DNA of 64,000 nt from the human T2T-CHM13v2.0 reference genome, Homo sapiens, in NCBI RefSeq assembly GCF_009914755.1, contig NC_060931.1; one strand, 5' to 3'. The notes under the pieces are model-generated. The model worked only from the letters and a program-made list of their open reading frames with translations, was not told the origin of the DNA and made no database searches. Shown piece after piece: positions 54,041-64,000 of this stretch. Position 1 is the first letter of the stretch, and the number at the start of each line of letters is the position of its first letter. Position numbers and translations under genes: made by a program.

Positions 54041-56054
54041 TCAGGCCTTCCTATTCCCTGAGACATGATAATACTGACATTAAGCCAAATAATAAAACTA
54101 CAATGGCTTCTAAGTGTTCAAGTGAAAGGAAGAATTGTATATCTCTCATTACTTTCAGTAGAAAGGTAGAAATAATTAAACTTACTGAGGAAGGTATGCA
54201 AAACCTAAGACAGGCCAAAAATTAAGCCTCTCTCACCATACTGCCAAGTCGTAAATGCAAAGGAAAAGTTATTGAAGAAAATTAAAAGTGTTAATCTATA
54301 AGAAAGAAAAGCAGACTTATTGCTGCTTTGGAGAAGCAGCTGATATGGAGAAAGTTTTAGTGGCCTGAATAGAAGATGAAATGAGCCACAACATCGCCTT
54401 ATGCCAAAACCTAATCCAGAGAAAGACCCAACCTCTCTTTGATTCAGTAAAGGCTGAGAGAGGTAAGGGAAACTGTAGAAGAAAAGCCTGAAGCTAGCTG
54501 AGGTTGGTTCTTGAGGTTTAAGGAAAGAAGTTGTTTCCATAACAAAGTACAAGGTGAAGCAGCAAGTGCTAATGGGAAAGCTGTAGCAAGTTATCCAAGA
54601 AGATCTAGCTAAAATAATTGATGAAGGTAGACTAAACAGATTTTCAATGTAGATAAAATAACCTTCTACTTGAAAAAGATACTATCTATGATTTTCATAG
54701 TTAGAGAAGAGAAGTAAATGCCTGGCTTCAAAGCTTCAAATAACAGCCTGACTCTCTTGTTAGGAGCTAACGCAGCTGGTGAATTAAGTTAAAGTCAATG
54801 TTCGTTTGTCATTCCCCAAATGCTAGAGTCCTTAAGAATTGTGCTAAATCTACTGTGCCTGTGACCTATAAATAAACAACAAAGCCTAGATGAAAACACA
54901 TCTGGTTATAACGTGATTTACTGAGCATTTAAAGCCAACTGTTGTGACCTACTACTCAGAAAAAGAAAAAAAAAGATTTCTTTTAAAATGTTACTGTTCG
55001 TTGACACCGTATCTAGTCACTCAAAAACTCTGATAGAGATTTACAAGGATATTAATGTTTTCATGCTTGCCAACACAACATCCATTTAACAAGCCATAGA
55101 TCAAGGAGTAATTTTGACTTCCAAGCCTTATTAATTTAACAAACATATTTTATAAGCCTGTACCTGCCATAGATAATGATTTCTTTGATGGATCTGGGCC
55201 TAGTAAATTAAAAACATTCTAGAAAGGATTTACCATTCTAGGTACCATTAAGAATATTCATGATTAATGGGAGGAGGCAAAGATATCAACATTAATAGGA
55301 ATTTGGAAGAAGTTGATTCCAGCCCTCGTGGATAACTTGAGGGGTTCAAGACTTTAGTGGAGGAAATCAATGCAGATGTGATAGAAATAGCCAAGAGAGC
55401 AGGAATTAGAAATAAATCTTGAAGGTGTGACTTATTTGCTGCAATCTCATGATAAAACTTGAATGGAAATTAAAGAAAATGGTTTCTTGAGATTGGAACT
55501 ACTGGTGAAGATGCCGTGAACACTGTTGAAATGACAACAAAGGATTTAGAATATTACGTAAACTTAGTTGATAAAGCAGCAGCAGGATTTGAGAGTATTG
55601 ACTCCAATTTTGAAGCTCTAGTATGGGTCAAATGCTATCAAACAGCATTGCATACTATAAAAATATTTCATAAAAGGAAGAGTTAATCAATGCAGCAAAC
55701 CTTATTGTTCTCTTATTTTAAGAAATTACCACAGCCTCCCAACATTCAGCAACCCTGACTGGGAAGAAGCCATCAACATCAAGGCAAGATTCTCTACCAG
55801 CAAAAAGTTTACAACTCACTGAAGGCTCAGATGATCATTAGCATTTTTTTAGTAATAGAATATTTTTAAATTAAGGATTGTACATTACTTTTTTAGACAT
55901 AATGTTATTGCACACTTAAAGAGTACAAGATAGTGTAAATGTAACTTTTAAATGCATTGGGACACAAAAATTTGTGTGACTTGCTTTATTGCAATGTTTG
56001 CTTTATTGTGGTGATCTGGAACCACTCACTGCCAGTATCTGTGAGGTGTGCTTG
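53764..56054 (+). mobile_element. Near full-length Tigger1 DNA transposon with decayed transposase
   Basis: Transposase start MASKCSSERK at 54103. Right end 'gtatctgtgaggtgtgcttg' followed by TA (56055-56056). About 2.3 kb, many stops and frameshifts; roughly 100 bp missing near the left end. Confidence 0.95.
54004..54036. repeat. (CT)n microsatellite inside Tigger1
   Basis: Directly visible. Confidence 0.95.
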
Positions 56055-59000
56055 TATTTTCAGGATTTCATCTTTGTAGAAGTCAAAACAACTAGCTATG
56101 GTACATATTTGGTGACTAGTTCTTAACTAGCTAAATATTTGGAAAATTAGTGCTGACATGTAGTCAGAAGCTTTTCATTAAGTGCCTTCAAACAAGGGAC
56201 TTTGTATCTCCACTGAATAGCTTAGACACCTGAACTATACCTCAACCTGGGCTTTTGTTAGAGGGAGAAGATATAGAGATATTAGGTCATCAATGATGTC
56301 TAAGAATTACAGTGGGTGCAGGAAATACAGACTCCTTGAATCTTTTTTAATTGAGGCTTTTATTTGTGTATGTGGCTATGTGATGTGCTTACATATACAT
56401 AATTTCATCAAAGAAAGAGTTACAGAAATTTTACCCAGGATGACCAACTAGAAGCATTTTATATGTCCTTCAAAATTGTTCTCTCCCACCGCTCACCATT
56501 TTGACCCCAAGTGACATCTTTTTGCAAAATTGATTAGAAAGCCCTTATCTAAGAGGGAGAGGTTGGCATCTTCAGTGAAGTTACTCACTTTAAAGCAAAT
56601 ACATGTTTCTACATGTATTTAAGAGGGTTGGGTATGTGAGTCATCTGCTTTTAATCAATTATGTTCATGGCATTTCTCATTCCCAATAGTATTGTCTTGA
56701 ACTTGAATAGGTTTTTTTTCTATGCAAAAAATATCCAATGGTACATTATTCCACATTTTCTAAGAATACTAACTAGTGTCATATATTCTCTTCCAGACTG
56801 GAAGACGATTTAAACTTCAAGCAGTATTGACTTACCTATGAATCACTTAGTATATATGAGCTTCTCAGAGAAGAAATCATAAACATTGAGAGTTGCCATG
56901 CATAATGATGACCTTCAACACATATGAAGTAAGATACAGCATTCCTTTTCCCCTTAAGTGGCTACCTCATCCTAACTTAAATATTTAACTTTATTTCAAT
57001 TATTTTATATCAATGTAGAAGAGAAACATTTGTGTTGAAACAGCACAGCATACATTGAAGTGACCCACCACCTTTCACTTAGCCCATATGTAGTCCAAAA
57101 TGCTGCACATGAGAACCTAGCTTCTCACTGGCCCATGACCTGCTTTCATAATCGGAAGTTTTGCATAGTAGCTCTATTCGAAGAAAATGGCATATTTCTC
57201 TACGTTTGAATTTGCATGTGTTACACATGTGTAAGCAAGGGTTCTCCAAATCTTGTCGTGTAATGTCTACAATGTACTTGATTTTCATATAGTCATATAG
57301 TCTTTTGTTTTAGATATTACACATAGTAAAAGAAAAATCCAAATTAGGAAATTAAAGAGTACCATTTTATAACAAACAATATACTTGGATATCTTTAAAA
57401 AGTGTCATCGATTTCCTAGCAGCTTTTTTAAAAAGTCTCACTACAAACATATACACCAATTATAAAAAGTACATCCAAATTTTAGAAATATAAAAATGTG
57501 GAAATAGGTATGATTTATAATCATGGAAGTATAGGAGGTTTTTTTTTGCTTTTTCTTTACATACCAAATGTTTTGCTAGACATGTCATAATACTGTTTCA
57601 TAAATCTATGTTACCCATTTATGCTATAACACTATTATTCTTGGTGGTCCATAGAGAAATTTAGACAATGGCATTTTAAGATGAAAATCATTGTGCTCTC
57701 CCACTGTCCGAATTTCTTGGAACAGTCCTGCTTTGAGCACTATAATAATGCTAAGGTTCACGAACCTTCTCTCTGTCTCCTCAGGAAATTACCCAGATCA
57801 GCATTTCCCCATCTTTCATGGAATAAAAGGTAGGGATGTGGTCAGTCTTTCTGAGACATGTTGCCAAAACATTAAGGTTATATCAATAACAGAATGAATA
57901 TAAGAATGAACCATCCTTCTATTAAAATAGAAGGAAAAAAGACCCAACTTAAGTTAGAGGTTTGTTTTGAACATTTTCTCTGTGTTGTGTAGTGACCTAG
58001 AGTTGCTTCTACCACCACACCTGATCCCACAAGGGTTTTAACTGACATGCTGATAATATTGTTTTAAATTTAGTAGGGAAGGCCTCCCACCACTAACTGT
58101 TTCTATAGAGCATTATTGAACTCTTGGGGAATTTTTCTTCCAAAGAAAGCATGGAATTCGTCTCTGAAATATTTATTTCTCCAGGATTCTAAATGAAAGT
58201 GTCTGGAATAAAAAAAGTGAGAGCAAAAGTAAAAAGAGAGAGAGACAGAGATAGGGAAGGAAGGAGAGAGAAATATTTTTGACAAATGATCAATTTTTAT
58301 TGTTAGAGTTGATTCAGTGACTCTGTTATTACCTATCAAAAGTAAAGTAAGGCAATTGTACAACTTTAAAGTTTGTCATTTAAATGTTACATTTGCTTTG
58401 TAATTCAGTCAGTAGTATCCATGCCCATGAAAAAATCCTTTTGCCTATTTGCATTTCCCTGAGAATATATTTGACTCTTACCAAGTGAGACTGGAAGATA
58501 CTAACAGAAAAATCCAGAAGTGTGAATGAAAAGTCTACTGATTATTCCTCATTTCTTCAGAAATACACTTCTTTTTAATTACCCAATAGTAAGTCAATAA
58601 ATGACTGTTAATTCCTTGTTTCTTCTCTAATAAGCAGACATTGTTGAACTTAAAACTGTCTTTTCTTCTCGAACTTTTAGGTTGCATCTAAACTTCAGGC
58701 TACAACAGACAACTTATTATTTGGTGTCATGCTAACCATTTTTTTTCTGATAGTAATTTTCCTTTAGCCTCTGTACTGAATCTTAAGATGTCCAGAATAT
58801 CTGGACCATGTCAGGGTAAGATATCTTCTGTTTTGCCATTTAGATGAGTGACATATTACCTCCAAGTCTACTCTTACTGAAAGAATCTAATAATCTACGT
58901 TTATTTTAATTAGCTCATTTTACTGTAAGATATTACTTTGCATACTTTTAGGAAATATATACTCATGTTTGGTTCCCTTCCTATCATATCCTTCAAATGA

Positions 59001-60325
59001 TCTCAAATGACCCGCATCCTTTCTTGTGCATCATACAGAGAAATCACCGAGGACTGGAAGTTGGCTGATAGAACTGACATCAGAAAGACCATTCAAAACG
59101 AAGAGCCAGTGTCAAGATCCTGTATACCCTTCCTGTCATTACTCCCAAAGTAGCCTTTTCATGGATCCAGGTAACACTTGAGCCCTCAATCCAAGATTAA
59201 AAACATCTGCTAGAGAAATTGTCAAAGAGTCTTGGGACACTTAGTCAAATTCACAGGGACTCCATCTGGGACTTGTGATACTTGCTGCTTTCGTATCTTT
59301 AATTGTTTCTAGCGCCTCCATAGATCAAAGTTCTCCTGTAATGTGTTCTTTCCATCATGCCATATTTACCCATTTTATATCAAAATATATAATCTTTACC
59401 ATCTGTTTTCATAAGGGAATATAAATCTTTATCAAACTAGATTAACATTAAGTAACAATTCTCAGCTACGTGTGACTGTATTTTGTTCTTATGTGCAAAT
59501 TTCAGAAAATAATCCCCTCTTTCATGGCATACTTTAAATTTAGAAACAGGCTTCCTGGGTTTTTCTAACTATGGAGTATTTTTACATGTTTCATTGTTCC
59601 TGAATTTCAACGTTCAAAGAAAGTAATTTTTGAAATCTTCTGTACTATAATAATATATATTGCTCTTACAACACATATCATACAATCTTGGTTATAATTT
59701 TGTACTTGTTTGCAAATCTATGTCATGTCGTGAAACTATAAACAACTGCAAGTCACTATTGAGTTTTAAAAATGTTTACACTTGGTCTACTGTCTGATTC
59801 ATAGTAGATAATAAATTATTGATAACATAATAAATTGTTATTTTATGCTTAATAAGGATTATGTTAAAGTAAAAGTTGTGTTAAGATGAAAAATAGTAAA
59901 TTAGCTAAATGTGACAGAACACTAAATAATAGAAGGCTAAAATTATTACACATATACAGAAATATGTAATAACCTGATTTATACAAATTAATGTATCACT
60001 GTTATTCATAAGCTCCTATAAAACATTATTTATATTTATATTTTTATACTCTGTTTTTATGACACTGTTTACACTTTCCTACTATTGTACATCCAATATA
60101 CTCTGTTCTCTTGCACACCATGTAGTAGCTTACTGCTTTTATTCTTTCATTCCTTTTACCATGCAAACAGTGAGGGCCTTTAAATTGGATAATGTATTAT
60201 TTATGAAAGGTATATGATGTCTAAATCTCAAAATATGTGTGCCATTAATTTATATATAATCTCAAGTTTCTAATGGGCTAAGGTGAGTTATTTTTGAAAG
60301 TAAAAATGAAGTTATTAATCACCAT

Positions 60326-60873
60326 TGTATTACTCAGGATTCTCCAGAGAAACAGAAATAATAAGATAGATAGATAGAGATAGATAGATAATTAGATAGA
60401 TAGATAGATAGATACACTAGATAGAAAGAGTAAGATATAATATGAGGGAGTGGCTTGCCTAATTATGGAGTCTGAGGAGACTATCCACTGTCTACAAACT
60501 GGAGATCCAGGTAAGCCAGTGCTATCATTTCAGTCCAAAATCCTGAGATTCAGAGCAGCCAATGGCATAAGTCCAGGTCCATGTCCAAAGGCCCAAGAAC
60601 CAGGAATGCCTATTCTTAAGGACAGAAGAAAATGGATGTCTCAGCTCAAGCAGAGAGCAAATTTTTCCTTCTTAAACCTTTTTGTTCTATTCAGACCTCA
60701 ATGGGTTGGATGATGCCCACCCATGTCAGGGAGGGTGACCTTCTTTATTCCATCTACAGATTCACATGCTAGTGCCTTCCAGAAACACCCTCACAAATAC
60801 CCCAGAAATAATGCTTTGCCAGCTGTCTGGGGTTCCCTTATGTGTCAACCTGACTGCTTCCCCAGTCAAGCTG
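60326..60873 (-). mobile_element. MLT2B-like (ERVL) solo LTR
   Basis: 'tgtattactcaggattctccagagaaacagaa...ttggatgatgcccacccatgtcagggagggtg...ccagaaacaccctcaca'. Confidence 0.9.
60364..60423. repeat. Compound (GATA)n microsatellite
   Basis: Directly visible within MLT2. Confidence 0.95.
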
Positions 60874-61779
60874 TGACTAAGATAATTTTATATTCTCTCT
60901 AATCTCCAACACTGGAAAGTAAGCATGGACCTGAGAAACAGTTTTAAATAAGGAAATCCTCCTATAAAAATAGTTTTGGTTTTAGTAGATTTAACCTTTT
61001 CCTTCACTTTGGATAGTTACCAATTCTCTAATCCTAGTGTTAAAAGTAACACCTCAAACTGGTTCTCTCATCCAAGACTAAATAAATATGTCTATCTAGG
61101 GCAAAGACCTCTTCCAAGGAGCACATCATAAATTCTAAATATGCCCCATCTTTTCTTCTGTGATGACCACTTCTATATGCCGTTATGAAGAACGAACTAA
61201 TTTTAACGTCAGCTTTGAAAAAAATATCATTTCTTGTGATGGCATCTTTTCTAATGAACTTCAAACAGTGAAGTATTCTAAGAACAAATTCCAAGGCAAT
61301 GTTGTAGGACTCTATGGAAAGAAATGGGAAGAAATATTTTACTATAAGACCATGATATTACATCAATTTTTGTTAAAACTAGAGCTCCAGAGGTTTTGGG
61401 ATTTTGCTATATTTACATTGATATAATGAAGGGAAACATTTATGTTTGGATCATTAAATTTACGAATACATAGTTGTCTAAAAGAGCAAAGTAATTTTTA
61501 AATATCTAGAATGGTACTCTTCCATCCCTTGAATTAACTGAGGTTGTACAAAGTGCCTGACAAATGAAAACAATATTGAAGTGGGAATCCAAACATTTAT
61601 GTTTTAATACAATATCTGATACTAAGTAGAAATATTTATCATCAGCAATACATTAAATTTTTTCTGGGCCTCATAAGTAAAATTAAAGAATTAAACAACA
61701 CAATTTCTTAAGTTCCTTTAAACATTAACATTCTATGAGCCATGACAAAAAAGAAAACATTTAGATAATAAGTACTCTA

Positions 61780-64000
61780 GCCAAAAACCACATGAAACAG
61801 TAGGGCATCTCCCCAAACCCTACTAGTAAAAGCTAAGTGGGGTGTCTAGAATTCACCTGCCTGAGGTTGCAACGAGGCACCACAACTCCCCACTGTGTGA
61901 TGTCAAGAAAAGCCACATAGAGAACTGGGACTTTCATCTTTATTGGCCATTAGTGAGCCATCACTCCAAGCCTCAGTATCAGCAGAGGGCAAGAGTGGAG
62001 CCTTTTCATCCACACTCACCCAGCAGTAACAAGGCACTTCTTCACCTTCCCATTGGAGTGGAGTCAGTGGAGACCTAGGGGAGAGTTAGGACTTTCACAA
62101 TAGATACCCCATGCAGCATAACTAGAAGCTAGCTCCTGTCTTGTGTCAATGGAAGATGAGTGGAGAATGTTGCCTTTACCACCAACTAACATTAATGATG
62201 CAGAGGTCCCTCTTCCCCTGCCAGAGAAGTGCTAATGAAAGTTTGCTAAAACTGAAGTTTTAAATAAGACCCAGAATCTTAGAACATATCACAAAAATAT
62301 CCAAGTTGCAATCGAAAATTACTTGTCACACCAAGAATGAGGACAATCTCATACTGAATGAAACAAAAAATCAGAAGATATTAACAGAAATACTACACAG
62401 GTGTTAGAATTATCTAATAAATATCTTAAAGGAGATGTCATAAAAATGCTTCAGTGGGCAATTAAAATCACACTTGAAACCAATGAAAAATTCAAGTCTC
62501 AACAAGGAAATAGAAGATATAAAGAACTACATGATAATTTTACAACTGAAAAATATACCTGAAATTAACAGGCCAGTGAATAAATAGCCTTCATAGTAGA
62601 CTGGAGGGGTCTGAAGAAAGCACTATAATTGAAATTACCCAATCTGAGTGAGAAAGAGCAAATTGGCTGACCATAAATGAACAGAGCCTCAAGGACCTTG
62701 GTGATCATAACAAAATATCTAATATCCTTCAAAGTTTTAGAAGAGAAGAGAGGGCAGGTCTGAAAAAATTACCAAAGAAACAATGTCCAGAAACCTTCAA
62801 AATTTGGCAAGAGATAAAAACTTAACAAGTTCAAGGTACTATATATAAGACCCAAATATGATAAACACAAAGTAATCGATGACAAAGCACATCACAATTA
62901 AACTACTGAAAATTAAAGACAAATCTAGAAAGCAATCAGACAAATATAATGCCTTATGTATCGGATTAACCAGATTGATGAGATTTTTTTAATCAGAAAC
63001 CATGGAGATGAGAAGAAAATGACAACAGTATATTTCAGGTGCTACAGGAAAAGAACTGTCAGCTCAGAATTCTATAGACAGTGAATATACCATTCAGGAA
63101 TGAAAGGGAAATCAAGAGGAAGAAAAACTAAAATAATTAGTCCCATAATTTTACCCTAAAATAATGGCTAAGGGAAATTCCCTAAACAGAAAGGTACAAA
63201 TGAAAGAAACTTAGAATTCCAGGAAGAACGACAGAACACAGTAAGCAAAAATATGAGTACGTACAGTAGGCTTTTATTTTATCTTGGGTTTTCAAAATGC
63301 TGTTTGATGAATGAAGAAAGAAATAATTTACCAAATATCTCTATAGAGTCAGAAAATATTTAAGATAATTATGTTACAAATGGGAGAGACATAAAGGGAG
63401 ATAAATTTCTATACTCAAACTGGTAAAATAAGGACATCAATAAACTGTGGTAAGTTATACACATATATTGTAATGCCTGGAGCAACCACTGCAAAAATCT
63501 TTACAAAGAGATGTAGTCCATTATATAGATAACTTCAAAATAACATTCTAAAAAGGTGTTTACTGAACTCAGAGATCATGAAAAAGACAAGGAAGTGAAA
63601 AACAGAACAAACAAAAACAAAATGGCAAACTCGAACCCTAACATATCAATAATTACACTAAATGTGAATAGTCTAAATTCACCAATTAAAAAATGAAAGT
63701 TGACACATTGAATTAACCACCCAACTATAGGCTGTTGACAGTAAAGTCACTTCAGATATAGTGACATATTCAGGTTGAGAGTAAAAAGGATGGAAAATAT
63801 ATTTCATAGAAATATTAATCAAAGGAAAGCAGGAGAAGCTATGTTAATATCAGACTTCAGAGCAAAAAATAAAAAATTACCACATGGAGTTTATACAATT
63901 ATAAAAGGCTTAAGTTACAAAGAAGATGTAGCAGTGCTAAATATGTATGCACTATGCAACAGAGTTATTAAATGTGTAAGGAAAAAACCCAGAATTGAAA
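61780..64000 (+). mobile_element. Old L1M 5' portion (5'UTR, decayed ORF1, ORF2 EN start), runs off the window
   Basis: ORF2-like start at 63622 (MANSNPNISIITLNVNSLNSPIKK, later RLRVKGWK). ORF1-like 'agaattctatagacagtgaatataccattcaggaatgaaagggaaat'. Confidence 0.85.

Noticed and set aside
54103-55900. Domesticated TIGD1-like transposase gene
   Set aside because: The reading frame is disrupted by many stops and frameshifts; no long plus-strand ORF appears in the track.
61975-61995. CTCF-like motif tcagcagagggca
   Set aside because: Only a partial match, inside an old L1 5' region; expected by chance.

Overview
AT-rich, CpG-poor primate (human-like) genomic DNA, intergenic or deep-intronic. 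It is dominated by transposable-element fossils: Alu, L1PA/L1M, L2, MIR, MaLR/ERVL/ERV9 LTRs, Tigger and hAT-Charlie/Blackjack elements. I recognise no host protein-coding gene, tRNA, rRNA or CRISPR. The longer ORFs in the track are broken L1 ORF1/ORF2 pieces or chance frames. The main landmark is a full-length (~6.4 kb) but inactivated L1PA7-like LINE on the minus strand (22798-29223). It sits inside a MER1A DNA element, with a co-oriented LTR12 (ERV9) solo LTR carrying a CCAAT-box array about 460 bp upstream. Other notable structures are three 5'-inverted (twin-primed) L1 copies, a THE1 element missing its 5' LTR nested in an L1, a complex L1-Alu-L1 junction with templated repeats, a near-complete Tigger1, overlapping perfect AT-rich palindromes and two short intron-like units. 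I found no convincing previously undescribed system; the findings are structural oddities and regulatory hypotheses. Repeat family names come from recalled consensus sequences, not a database search. Subfamily calls and old-element boundaries are approximate.
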